NCBI GenBank assembly: GCA_008933615.1
Contig: WBUR01000003.1
Coordinates: 16,340 to 80,339 of the forward strand
DNA length: 64,000 nt
Reading direction: 5' to 3'
Origin: a bacterium
Lineage (GTDB): Bacteria > CLD3 > SB21
The notes under the pieces are model-generated. The model searched no databases and was not told where the DNA came from. It saw only the letters and a list, made by a program, of their open reading frames with translations. Positions 1 to 9,383 of this stretch are shown here, piece by piece. A program made the position numbers and the translations under genes. Every line of letters begins with the position of its first letter. Position 1 is the stretch's first letter.

Positions 1-232
1 CTATATGGTCTGGGCGTTGTATCACGGATGCGGAATCGCCGTGTGGCATTTTTTTCAGCATTTTAAACGGAGGGTACAATTACCGGATTATTTCTGGTTA
101 AAAAAAGGAGTGGCTGTTTTTTCAATCGCGTTCACGATGAATTTTGTCATTCTCAGTTTTGCAATTACTAAATCAGACAGTCTCGCTGATGCGTTCGAAG
201 TTTATCTCACGATATTTAGTTTAGGAAAATAG
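1..232 (+). CDS. MBOAT family O-acyltransferase (AlgI/DltB-like), C-terminal fragment; gene starts upstream of the window
   Basis: Frame is open from the window edge. 'YMVWALYHGCG' matches the MBOAT 'xxWGxYHG' segment, followed by hydrophobic helices and 'SDSLADAFEVY..IF' typical of the AlgI/DltB C-terminus. Confidence 0.7.
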   Translation, partial: YMVWALYHGCGIAVWHFFQHFKRRVQLPDYFWLKKGVAVFSIAFTMNFVILSFAITKSDSLADAFEVYLTIFSLGK

Positions 233-235
233 CAA

Positions 236-370
236 ATGTATACCGTATTGTGTAAATTATTCCCGAAATCAGTTGCCGCCATTATTCTGGCGTTATGGTA
301 TACCGCACTTATAATTTTAACCTATGCGCTTTCTGCAGACCCGGCGGGAGAATTTAGGTATTTGTATTAA
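236..370 (+). CDS. 44-aa single-TM microprotein, DltX-like (MYTVLCKLFPKSVAAIILALWYTALIILTYALSADPAGEFRYLY)
   Basis: Translated by hand: ATG 236 to TAA 368-370, 3 nt after the MBOAT stop. One hydrophobic helix and a C-terminal GEFRYLY resembling the DltX FxYxxF tail. Below the ORF-track size cutoff. Confidence 0.65.
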   Translation: MYTVLCKLFPKSVAAIILALWYTALIILTYALSADPAGEFRYLY

Positions 371-388
371 ATCTTTTTGGGCAATATC

Positions 389-1354
389 ATGCAAAACGGC
401 TTGGGCGATCATTCGGAAAAAAAAAGATTTCCGTCGAGTCTGCAAACCAGGAGGGGTTGGGCCGAATATTTTGAAATGAAGCGGTCCACCGAACCTCACC
501 TGCATCAAATTGAACCTACCAACCACTGCCCGTACAGCTGCATCATGTGCCCCCGATCACAACACATGAAGAGAGAACTTGGCTTTATGGACATTTCACT
601 CTACCAAAAAGTCATAGATGAGGTATCGACGTATTCTGAACCGATTAGGTTGAAAGAGATAGAACTTTTTCATTTTGGCGAGTCCCTTCTCCATCCCTGT
701 ATAGATAAATTCGTGGGCTACGCGTCAGAACAAAAATTAAAAGTAACTCTTTCTGTCAATGGGCCTCATTTAACTCCCGAACTTTCCCGAAAGATCCTTG
801 AACACCAACCGTTTAGGATTATCGTATCTTTGGATGGAAATGACCAAGAAACATATCAGGCCATTCGAGGACGAAAAGCAGATTTTGACAAAGCCGTACG
901 AAACATAGATGCGTTGGCAGACACATTTCAGAGAGTGAAATCGGCCACGAAGATATCTGTTCGTATGATAGAGATCAAAATCAACCGGGAACAAGTATAT
1001 GCATTCAAAAAAAGATGGCAAGATAAAAACATTGAAGTAGAAGTCAGACAGTTCTTTCCATGGGGAGAAAAGGATATGGTCGAACTTGGCAATTTTGAAA
1101 AATACCCTCCTGCCATGCCCTGCCCCTTTCCCTGGCAATATCTTGTTGTGCAATGGAACGGTGACGTTGTCCCATGTTGCAGGGACTACAATGCGGCTAT
1201 AACACTGGGGAATGTAAAGAATGTTTCCCTTAAGGAGATATGGAACAGCGGCCGGTATGAGGAATTTCGGCAGCAAATGGCGAGCGGAAAGTTCCATAAT
1301 AACCCCATCTGTTCTCCTTGTCTCGACCTCTATTACACCGAAAAAAACGATTGA
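389..1354 (+). CDS. Radical SAM protein with C-terminal SPASM/twitch domain
   Basis: CPYSCIMC (CxxxCxxC), 'FHFGESLLHP', SPASM 'CPFPW...WNGDVVPCC...LGNV...IWNS...CSPC'. ATG at 389 is more likely than TTG at 377. Confidence 0.9.
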   Translation: MQNGLGDHSEKKRFPSSLQTRRGWAEYFEMKRSTEPHLHQIEPTNHCPYSCIMCPRSQHMKRELGFMDISLYQKVIDEVSTYSEPIRLKEIELFHFGESLLHPCIDKFVGYASEQKLKVTLSVNGPHLTPELSRKILEHQPFRIIVSLDGNDQETYQAIRGRKADFDKAVRNIDALADTFQRVKSATKISVRMIEIKINREQVYAFKKRWQDKNIEVEVRQFFPWGEKDMVELGNFEKYPPAMPCPFPWQYLVVQWNGDVVPCCRDYNAAITLGNVKNVSLKEIWNSGRYEEFRQQMASGKFHNNPICSPCLDLYYTEKND

Positions 1355-1565
1355 TTGTTGTCCCGAAAATCAGTTGGATTAAAGACCACAAGAAGCAATG
1401 AATCCCAGCCAAAATCCTATTGCAATTTAAAACGAAAAGAATTATTATAAAAACGTTTTCGAAGAGCAAACGGTACACGCTTTTCCCCGAGATCATCATT
1501 GTCGTTTCTACTGAAAGTGAAAAAAATAACGTCTCAAACCCTCCGGAATCTAAAACGAGGTTACT

Positions 1566-1982
1566 ATGGTTCTGTATACCGGCCTTTTTTTGAATACGAT
1601 CATCGAAGACACCCCGATCTACCAAAATTATATCCCGCTTCTTGTTCTCATGATCGTTGCGACCCTTATTCCGCTTGCGATTTTAGTCATCACAAATATC
1701 CTGGGCCCCAAAAAGCCGAGCGAGCGTAAACTTTCCGTATATGAATCGGGCATGCCTCCCGTGGGCGATGCGCATCCGAAATTCTCCATCAAGTTTTATA
1801 TCATTGGTATGCTGTTCATCTTATTTGACATAGAAATTGTTTTCATGTATCCATGGGCGGTAATTTATAAACAATGGATATCGACAAGTGTTTTTATTTT
1901 GATTGAAGGGCTTGTCTTCGTGGGTATTCTGCTGGTCGGCTATATATATGCATGGAAAAAAGGCGCCCTGGACTGGGAATAA
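1566..1982 (+). CDS. nuoA: NADH-quinone oxidoreductase subunit A
   Basis: 'YESGMPP..A..KFSIKFYIIGMLFILFDIEIVFMYPWA', C-terminal 'KKGALDWE'. Exact start uncertain. Confidence 0.95.
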   Translation: MVLYTGLFLNTIIEDTPIYQNYIPLLVLMIVATLIPLAILVITNILGPKKPSERKLSVYESGMPPVGDAHPKFSIKFYIIGMLFILFDIEIVFMYPWAVIYKQWISTSVFILIEGLVFVGILLVGYIYAWKKGALDWE

Positions 1983-2034
1983 CTCGATTGATGATTTTTA
2001 GTATTAGGTAATTATTATAAGCTGGGTAAATATT

Positions 2035-2544
2035 ATGGCAGAAAAAATTGAAAATAATCCGACGCCAGAAAAACTGAAATCCAAATTCGGTTCGGACGTA
2101 CTGAAAACAGAGGTATTCCGTAATCAGCACGCAATTGTCGTTAAGCGCGAACGTATTCTGGATATAATGAAATTTCTGAAAGACGATGCGGAACTCGCGT
2201 ATGATTTCCTTGCGGATCTGACAGCGGTTGATTATCTCAAAATGGAAGTAAGCCCGCGCTTTCAGGTGGTTTACAATCTGCGTTCGATGAAACATAACCG
2301 GCGTGTGCGGATCAAAGTTCCCGTTCCAGAAAATGACTGTAAGATTGAAAGTGTGAGTGAATTATGGAAAACGGCAAATTGGCTGGAACGCGAAGTGTAT
2401 GAAATGTACGGGATCACTTTTGAAAATCATCCCGACCTGAGAAAACTCCTGATGCCCGAATCGTATGAATATTTTCCGCTACGCAAGGATTATCCTCTGC
2501 GCGGAAAAGGAGAAAGAGACGCCGTTCTGCCGGAAGGCTCTTAG
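2035..2544 (+). CDS. nuoC: NADH-quinone oxidoreductase subunit C
   Basis: 'DLTAVDY', 'ANWLEREVYEMYGITFENHPDLRKLLMP...PLRKDYPL'. Confidence 0.95.
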   Translation: MAEKIENNPTPEKLKSKFGSDVLKTEVFRNQHAIVVKRERILDIMKFLKDDAELAYDFLADLTAVDYLKMEVSPRFQVVYNLRSMKHNRRVRIKVPVPENDCKIESVSELWKTANWLEREVYEMYGITFENHPDLRKLLMPESYEYFPLRKDYPLRGKGERDAVLPEGS

Positions 2545-2633
2545 GAATGTTGAATTTTTAATCGAGATTTCTGAATTAGAAATTTTTTGAGTGTTCAGTA
2601 ACGAGAACACATTAATAATAAAGGATTGACAAC

Positions 2634-3941
2634 ATGGAAGTCGATCGTTCAGAGGCTATAGAAGAATTTACAGTATCAACGTCCGAGGAATTGAAAGCGA
2701 AAGTTACAGGACGCAACAAGAAATTTTTGATCGGAACGGATGATGAGGAGTCGATCGAAGCCTGGAAGAAATCGGACACGATGTTTCTTAATTTCGGTCC
2801 GCAGCATCCTGCAACCCACGGCACGCTGCGCATGTTACTGGAACTCTCCGGCGAAAAAGTGGTCAAGCTCGATCCCCGTCCGGGTTATCTCCACACCGGA
2901 TTTGAAAAATTAGCTGAGCATCACACGTTCAATCAGTTTATTGCGGTCACCGACCGGATGAATTATCTCTCTCCGTTATCCAATAACGTTGGTTTTGCCT
3001 GCGCCGCCGAAGAATTACTCGGCATAAAAATTCCACCGCGCGCCCAGTATATCCGCGTGATACAGGCCGAACTCTCACGTATCGCCGATCATCTTGTCAA
3101 TATCGGCACGCACGCGCTCGATCTCGGTGCGTTCACTGTGTTTCTTTACGGATTCAGGCAGCGCGAATTCATTTACGATCTTTTTGAAGTATCGACCGGT
3201 TCACGTCTCACCACAAGCTATACCCGAATCGGCGGCGTTATGCGCGATTTTCCCGAAGGCCACGAGGAACAGATAGCCGGGTTCTGTAAACAATTTGATA
3301 TCGTGTACGGAGAGATCGAAGGATTACTCAATCATAACAAAATTTTTCAAAACCGTACTCAGGGAATCGGAAAGATCAACGCACAGGACGCGATCAACTA
3401 CGGCATGACCGGTCCTTGCCTGCGCGCGAGCGGTGTTCCGTACGATATTCGTAAGGACGAACCGTATCTTAATTACGACCAATTGGATTTTGACGTGCCG
3501 GTTGGTACGGAAGGCGACGTATTCGAGCGGTATCTTGTTCGTATGGAAGAAATGAGACAAAGCATCCGCATCATCGAGCAATGCCTTGCGCAAATGCAAA
3601 AAGGTCCGGTAAAGGTGGATGATCATACGATCGCCCTTCCGGACAAAAGCAAAGTGTACGGCAGCATCGAAGGATTGATTCATCATTTTAAACTGATTAT
3701 GGACCATCACGGAATTGATATGCCGAAAGGCGAGATCTATCACGCGACGGAAGCGCCCAACGGCGAGCTGGGCTGGTTTATCGTCAGTAACGGCGAAGGC
3801 GTACCTTACAAAGTTCATGTGCGCGGGCCGTCGTTTGTTCATTTTTCTATGATGCCGAAATTGTCAGAAGGCGGGATGGTCAGCGACGGCGTGGCTATTT
3901 TGGGAAGTCTGAACGTGATCGCCGGAGAGTGCGACAGATAA
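2634..3941 (+). CDS. nuoD: NADH-quinone oxidoreductase subunit D
   Basis: 'NFGPQHPATHGTLR', 'GYLHTGFEK', 'DRMNY', 'EAPNGELG', C-terminal 'GECDR'. Confidence 0.97.
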   Translation: MEVDRSEAIEEFTVSTSEELKAKVTGRNKKFLIGTDDEESIEAWKKSDTMFLNFGPQHPATHGTLRMLLELSGEKVVKLDPRPGYLHTGFEKLAEHHTFNQFIAVTDRMNYLSPLSNNVGFACAAEELLGIKIPPRAQYIRVIQAELSRIADHLVNIGTHALDLGAFTVFLYGFRQREFIYDLFEVSTGSRLTTSYTRIGGVMRDFPEGHEEQIAGFCKQFDIVYGEIEGLLNHNKIFQNRTQGIGKINAQDAINYGMTGPCLRASGVPYDIRKDEPYLNYDQLDFDVPVGTEGDVFERYLVRMEEMRQSIRIIEQCLAQMQKGPVKVDDHTIALPDKSKVYGSIEGLIHHFKLIMDHHGIDMPKGEIYHATEAPNGELGWFIVSNGEGVPYKVHVRGPSFVHFSMMPKLSEGGMVSDGVAILGSLNVIAGECDR

Positions 3942-3973
3942 TTTTTTACAAACCCATTTTCTTAAGGTATAGT

Positions 3974-4456
3974 ATGGCGTTAGAATTTTCTCCAGAAAAG
4001 AAAAAAGAAGTTGAGTGGACCCTTACACGGTACCCGAATACGCAGGCGGCTATGCTGCCCGTTCTGCATATCGCGCAATATCAATTCGGCTGCATCTCAC
4101 ATGAAGTGATGGAACTCGTGGCGAAGACGCTTGACCTTCCGGTTAGCCGCGTGCAGGACGTGGTTACTTTTTATACGATGTTTCACGAAAAACCGGTGGG
4201 AAAATTTCATATCCAGGTTTGTCACACGTTGTCGTGCGCCATTCGCGGCGGAAGTCAGGTTGTGGACTATTTGGAAAATAAATGCGGCGTAAAATGTAAT
4301 GACGGCATTTCAAAGGATGGAAAATTTTCGATCACGAAAGTCGAATGCCTGGGTTCCTGCGGCACGGCGCCCATGATGCAGGTAAATGACGATTATTTTG
4401 AGAATCTGTCCAAAGAAAAGATCGACCAATTGGTTAATAAGTGGAAAAGTGAATAG
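3974..4456 (+). CDS. nuoE: NADH-quinone oxidoreductase subunit E
   Basis: 'VVTFYTMF', 2Fe-2S ligands 'VCHTLSC' and 'ECLGSCGTAP'. ATG at 3974. Confidence 0.95.
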   Translation: MALEFSPEKKKEVEWTLTRYPNTQAAMLPVLHIAQYQFGCISHEVMELVAKTLDLPVSRVQDVVTFYTMFHEKPVGKFHIQVCHTLSCAIRGGSQVVDYLENKCGVKCNDGISKDGKFSITKVECLGSCGTAPMMQVNDDYFENLSKEKIDQLVNKWKSE

Positions 4457-4460
4457 TGCA

Positions 4461-4518
4461 GCCACAGAGTGCACAGAGGTTTTGAAATTCGTTTTTAGCT
4501 CTCAGTGATCTCTGCGGT
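4461..4518. repeat. REP-like imperfect palindrome (CACAGAG..CACAGAG / CTCAGTG..CTCTGCGG) between nuoE and nuoF
   Basis: gccacagagtgcacagag ... ctctcagtgatctctgcggt is an imperfect inverted repeat. Related copies at about 26366, 29235, 44863 and 55634. Confidence 0.55.
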
Positions 4519-4535
4519 AAAAAAAGGTATAAGGA

Positions 4536-5837
4536 ATGGAAAAAGTTTTAACGAAAATGGTGGGTGTTGAGAACTCACAGAACATTGACGTTTATCTAAA
4601 ACACGGCGGTTATCAGGCATTACCGAAAGCGCTGAAAATGACTCCCGACGAACTGATTCAGATGATGAAAGATTCCGGCGTGCGTGGGCGCGGGGGCGCA
4701 GGATTTCCTACGGGGATGAAATGGAGCTTTTTGCCTAAAGACAATCCGAAGCCGAGATACCTTTTGTGTAATGCGGACGAATCGGAACCGGGAACATTCA
4801 AGGACCGCGTACTGATGGAAGACGATCCGCATCAGGTCATCGAAGGATTGATTATTTCTTCGTTTGCTATCCAGGCGCATACCTGCTACATCTACATTCG
4901 TGGTGAATATGTGACCGGGGCTAAGATATTACATAAGGCTATCAATGAAGCGTATGAAAAAGGATACCTCGGAAAAAATATTTTAGGCAGCGGATTTGAA
5001 CTTGATATTACCGTTCATCGCGGCGCCGGCGCTTATATCTGCGGTGAAGAAACCGGATTGATCGAGTCGCTGGAAGGCAAACGCGGATGGCCGCGTATCA
5101 AGCCTCCGTTTCCGGCAGTGTATGGCGTATTCGGATGCCCCACGATCGTGAATAACGTTGAGACGCTGGTGACGCCGATCCATATCATCAACCGCGGCGT
5201 GCAGTGGTGGAAAGATAACGAACCGAAACTGTACTGCATGAGCGGACATCTCACGCGTCCGGGCACGTACGAAGCGAAGATCGGCACCAATTTGATGGAG
5301 TTGATCAACGATCACTGCGGTGGAATTCCCAACGGAAGAAAATTAAAAGCCGTTATTCCCGGCGGTTCGTCCGTTCCCGTGCTGCGCGCTGAGGAATGCG
5401 ACGTGGCGATGGATTTTGACGCGCTCGCTAAAGCCGGATCGGCTTTGGGTTCCGCCGGATGCATGGTAATGGATGATACCACCTGCATGGTCAATGCGCT
5501 GTGGAATCTGATGAAATTTTATTCTCATGAATCCTGCGGCCAGTGCACGCCGTGCCGTGAAGGCACGCATTGGCTGGAAATGATCTGCGGACGAATTGAA
5601 ACGGGCAGAGGCCGGATGGAAGATCTGGAACTGATGCTTGAGACGGCGAATAACATTGCCGGACGTACGATTTGTCCATTAGGCGATGCTGCGGCGTGGC
5701 CGGTAGCAGGATTGCCGGACAAGAATAAAGGCGGCGATCTTAACGGCCAGAGTTTTATAAATAAGTTCCGCGAGGAATTTGAATATCACATAACCAACAA
5801 AAAATGTAAAGTAACGATTCCGCATGAGTGGAATTGA
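4536..5837 (+). CDS. nuoF: NADH-quinone oxidoreductase subunit F
   Basis: 'GRGGAGFPTG.KW', 'CNADESEPGTFKD', 'GAGAYICGEETG', 'ESCGQCTPCREG'. Confidence 0.97.
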   Translation: MEKVLTKMVGVENSQNIDVYLKHGGYQALPKALKMTPDELIQMMKDSGVRGRGGAGFPTGMKWSFLPKDNPKPRYLLCNADESEPGTFKDRVLMEDDPHQVIEGLIISSFAIQAHTCYIYIRGEYVTGAKILHKAINEAYEKGYLGKNILGSGFELDITVHRGAGAYICGEETGLIESLEGKRGWPRIKPPFPAVYGVFGCPTIVNNVETLVTPIHIINRGVQWWKDNEPKLYCMSGHLTRPGTYEAKIGTNLMELINDHCGGIPNGRKLKAVIPGGSSVPVLRAEECDVAMDFDALAKAGSALGSAGCMVMDDTTCMVNALWNLMKFYSHESCGQCTPCREGTHWLEMICGRIETGRGRMEDLELMLETANNIAGRTICPLGDAAAWPVAGLPDKNKGGDLNGQSFINKFREEFEYHITNKKCKVTIPHEWN

Positions 5838-5863
5838 TTCCTCCGCTCGGCGAGGAGGGTGTC

Positions 5864-6610
5864 ATGAAAAAGTATTTAGTTCGGACTGCTATAATAGTTC
5901 TTTTTAGTATATCGGTTTCGGCAGTTTATTTAAGTTGTTCAGATGACGAAACCGCCATGTTCTTTGATTTAACGGGAAATTGGTCCGGAATGGCGGTTCC
6001 GCCTAACGGAGCCGCTTTGATTGATCTTAGTATTGTGCAGGATACTACAGGATATGTGACCGGAACTTTATACATTCGCGGTCAGGAACCGGATACTGCA
6101 ACTATTTCCGGAACCGTGAGTAACGGTCGTTTCACCGGCACGGCTTCCAATATAGAATGCCCGGTCAACGTAGACCTTGAAATTGAGAATGATGGAACGG
6201 CGCTCGTTGGTAATGCGTCTGGCGAGGGTTCCGACACCTGTTCTGCAGAGTTTGTTTATCTTACGCTGTACAAGGACCTGCCGCCGTCCGTAAATGTAAC
6301 CGGAACGTGGTCCGGGACCCATTCCAGTACTGAAGGCAGCGGAAGTTTCACTATGGTGATCACTCAGAGTGGCGAAACGGTGAGCGGGACAATTTATGAC
6401 GAAGACACCACTGCCATAAACGGCCGCGTATTCGGCAATGCTTTTGCGGCCACAATCAGCGGTTCGGATTGCCCGATTCTGATTTTGATGGAAGTTAGCA
6501 ATAATACCATGAATGGCGCTTATGCGAATACCGGCGAAGGCCCGGGCGAATGCTTGGATAAAGGAACCGTTGCCGCCAGCCGTTTGACGGGAAAACGTTT
6601 TCAAAATTAG
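5864..6610 (+). CDS. Hypothetical lipoprotein with two tandem beta-rich domains
   Basis: GAGGAG RBS before ATG 5864. Signal peptide MKKYLV... with lipobox 'YLSC'. Internal duplication (DLTGNWSG / NVTGTWSG), each half with two Cys. Confidence 0.8.
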   Translation: MKKYLVRTAIIVLFSISVSAVYLSCSDDETAMFFDLTGNWSGMAVPPNGAALIDLSIVQDTTGYVTGTLYIRGQEPDTATISGTVSNGRFTGTASNIECPVNVDLEIENDGTALVGNASGEGSDTCSAEFVYLTLYKDLPPSVNVTGTWSGTHSSTEGSGSFTMVITQSGETVSGTIYDEDTTAINGRVFGNAFAATISGSDCPILILMEVSNNTMNGAYANTGEGPGECLDKGTVAASRLTGKRFQN

Positions 6611-6680
6611 AAATGATAACAGAAGATTGTAAAAGTAAAATTAGCGGGATTCAAAAATTTAGATAGAAAGTCATTTCTCT

Positions 6681-8291
6681 ATGGCATTAATTAAGATCGA
6701 TGATCAGGAAGTGGAAATCGCAAAAGGCGAAGTGGTCATTAATGCGGCTAAACGGGTCGGGATAGACATCCCGTTTTATTGTTATCATCCCGGCATGAAA
6801 ATCGTCGCCAGTTGCCGCATGTGTCTCGTTGACATGGTCGGTATGCCGAAGCTGATGCCGGCGTGTTCTACCGCCGTTGGCGAATTACCGCCCGGGAAAA
6901 AATTAGAAGAAAAATACGATGCGGTTATTTATACCGATAACGATAAAGTGAAAACTGCGCGCCGCGCTGTATTGGAATTTCTGCTATTGAATCACCCGAT
7001 TGATTGTCCTATCTGCGATAAAGCAGGCGAATGCAAACTTCAGGATTATTCATACGAACACGGCAATCATGAATCGCGCCTCATTGATCCGAAACGCATT
7101 CCGGAGAAAAAAGATCTTGGCCCTTCAATTTATTTATATACGTCCCGTTGTATCATGTGTTCACGCTGCGTTCGGTTTACCGAAGAAATATCCGGAACGG
7201 AGGAACTCAAAGTAACGCATCGCGGTTGGCATGCGGAAATTTCCGTAGCGCCGGGCAAGCCTCTGGATAATAAAATGATGGGCAATGTCGTGGATCTTTG
7301 CCCCGTCGGTTGTCTGATCGACAAGCATGAAAAATTCGAAGGGCGTGTATGGAATTTCGTTCAGACAGAAAGTGTCTGTCCGGGCTGCAGTAAAGGGTGT
7401 AATACCGTTCTCGATACCATGAAACATCAAAAATTGAATCTGGAAGAATTGGTTGATACCGTGTACCGCATTCGCCCGCGTGAAAATATGGACGTCAATC
7501 AATGGTGGATCTGCGACGACGGACGTTATCATCTTGAAGACGAGAAGAAGAAAAGCCGAATCCTTGTCCCGCATCAGCGCGAAAATGGAAAATTAACCGA
7601 AACAACATGGTTCAGCGCTGTCGCGTCGATATCCGAAAGGATCAAGTCCGCCGGAGCCGGACAGGTTGTTTTTATCGGCAGCCCGTACGCATCGAATGAA
7701 GAAAATTATTTGTTCGGTAAATTAGCTAAAGGGCTGAATGCCGCAACGGATGTTAGCAAACCTACGTCCGGCGATACACAGACATTCAAAACGGAGATGA
7801 ATAAGTATCCGTTTACCATTGAATCTGAAAAAGCCCCGAATTTCCGTGGAGCAAAAGACGCGATAGGTTTAACGGATTCCAAGATCGATCAGTCGCTGTC
7901 GAAAAAAGTTGTGGTCATGCTCGGCAGTCATAATGTGGAATTAAAATCCAAACCCGAAACGTTGATCGTGATCGGCTCGTTCGAAGATGCAGTGACAAAG
8001 CAAGCGGATATTTTATTGCCGGCGGCGCTCTTTACGGAAACGAGCGGAACCTATACAAATAAAGACGGATTGGTTCAGAAGTTTAATAAAGCGATCAATC
8101 CTCAGGGCGATTCCAAAGCGGTATGGCAGATAGTGATTGATCTGGCGCAGGCTTCCGGACTGGATTGGTATTACGAAACGATCGGCGATGTGGCCAAAGA
8201 AATGATGCTAAATGCAAGCGGGTTCAAATCCGTTGACCTCGGTACACTTTACCCGCAGTTCGTTTTACAAGATGAACAAGTGGTTGCGTAA
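6681..8291 (+). CDS. nuoG: NADH-quinone oxidoreductase subunit G (short form, 536 aa)
   Basis: 'IPFYCYHP...SCRMCLV', 'HPIDCPICDKAGECKLQD', 'RCIMCSRCVRF', 'DLCPVG', N7-type 'CPGCSKGC...WICDDGR'. Confidence 0.92.
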   Translation: MALIKIDDQEVEIAKGEVVINAAKRVGIDIPFYCYHPGMKIVASCRMCLVDMVGMPKLMPACSTAVGELPPGKKLEEKYDAVIYTDNDKVKTARRAVLEFLLLNHPIDCPICDKAGECKLQDYSYEHGNHESRLIDPKRIPEKKDLGPSIYLYTSRCIMCSRCVRFTEEISGTEELKVTHRGWHAEISVAPGKPLDNKMMGNVVDLCPVGCLIDKHEKFEGRVWNFVQTESVCPGCSKGCNTVLDTMKHQKLNLEELVDTVYRIRPRENMDVNQWWICDDGRYHLEDEKKKSRILVPHQRENGKLTETTWFSAVASISERIKSAGAGQVVFIGSPYASNEENYLFGKLAKGLNAATDVSKPTSGDTQTFKTEMNKYPFTIESEKAPNFRGAKDAIGLTDSKIDQSLSKKVVVMLGSHNVELKSKPETLIVIGSFEDAVTKQADILLPAALFTETSGTYTNKDGLVQKFNKAINPQGDSKAVWQIVIDLAQASGLDWYYETIGDVAKEMMLNASGFKSVDLGTLYPQFVLQDEQVVA

Positions 8292-8317
8292 CTCATTTTA
8301 CCAAAGAGACTAAAATT

Positions 8318-9331
8318 ATGGAAATATTTTATCCCTACATCTTCATGGGTATTTTGTTAGTAACGTGGCTGACCAGCGTTCCCGTCATGGTTCTTGTTGA
8401 ACGCAAAGTCAGCGGGTGGCTACAGTATCGAGTCGGCCCAACCCGTGTGGGACCATGGGGGTTATTACAGCCGATCGCCGACGCGCTGAAGTTTTTATCC
8501 AAAGAAGATGTGGTACCTCATCACGTTAACAAATGGCTGTACATTTTTGCCCCGGCTTTGATGGTATTTCCTGCGTTTTTTGTTATAGGAGTGATTCCCC
8601 TCGGAATCCTGACGTTGGGCGGCAAAGAAGTTCTGGTGCAAATCGGACATACCAATATCGGCATTTTGTACGTCTTGGCCGTTTCGTCGCTGGTGGTTTA
8701 TAGTATTACATTCAGCGCGTGGGCATCCAATAATAAATATTCACTTTTGGGCGGGCTTCGCTCGGCCGCGCAGATGATGAGCTACGAACTGCCCATGGGG
8801 CTTTCTATTTTGGGAACGATCATGCTGGTGGGATCGCTGCGGCTGGAGGATATTGTTAATTTTCAGATGAATTCAGCCTGGGGTATTGTGTGGCAGCCGC
8901 TCGGCGCGCTTATATTTATTGTCACTGCATTTGCAGAGACTAATCGGTTACCGTTCGATCTTGCTGAAGCGGAGGCGGAACTCGTGGGCGGTTATCATAC
9001 GGAATACAGTTCGATGAAATTTGCCATGTTCTTTCTGGGCGAGTACTGCAACATGCTCACCGCGTCCGTTATGATCACATTATTATTTCTCGGAGGATGG
9101 AATGTACCTTTTGTGCAGGGGATGAATTTAGAGCCGCTTACTCTGCAGGTGATTCAAATTGCCGGTTTGGCATTGAAGGTTGTTTTTCTCATGTTCTTTT
9201 TTGTTTGGGTACGGTGGACGCTGCCGCGTTTCCGGTATGATCAGTTGATGAACTTTGGCTGGAAGGTCTTGATTCCACTGGCTCTGGCCAATGTGGTGAT
9301 CACAGCAATCGTGATGGCAATCATAAGTTGA
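8318..9331 (+). CDS. nuoH: NADH-quinone oxidoreductase subunit H
   Basis: 'ERKV...Q.RVGP.RVGPWGLLQPIADALK', 'AETNRLPFDLAEAEAELVGGYHTEYS', 'TLPRFRYDQLM'. Confidence 0.97.
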   Translation: MEIFYPYIFMGILLVTWLTSVPVMVLVERKVSGWLQYRVGPTRVGPWGLLQPIADALKFLSKEDVVPHHVNKWLYIFAPALMVFPAFFVIGVIPLGILTLGGKEVLVQIGHTNIGILYVLAVSSLVVYSITFSAWASNNKYSLLGGLRSAAQMMSYELPMGLSILGTIMLVGSLRLEDIVNFQMNSAWGIVWQPLGALIFIVTAFAETNRLPFDLAEAEAELVGGYHTEYSSMKFAMFFLGEYCNMLTASVMITLLFLGGWNVPFVQGMNLEPLTLQVIQIAGLALKVVFLMFFFVWVRWTLPRFRYDQLMNFGWKVLIPLALANVVITAIVMAIIS

Positions 9332-9383
9332 TGCTCGATAAAAGTAGAAGCTCAAGAATGATAATAATAAGAAGGAAATAGAT

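Noticed and set aside
2545..2633. Weak GAAT periodicity in the nuoC-nuoD spacer
   Set aside because: Too short and degenerate to call a repeat. It cannot hold nuoB.
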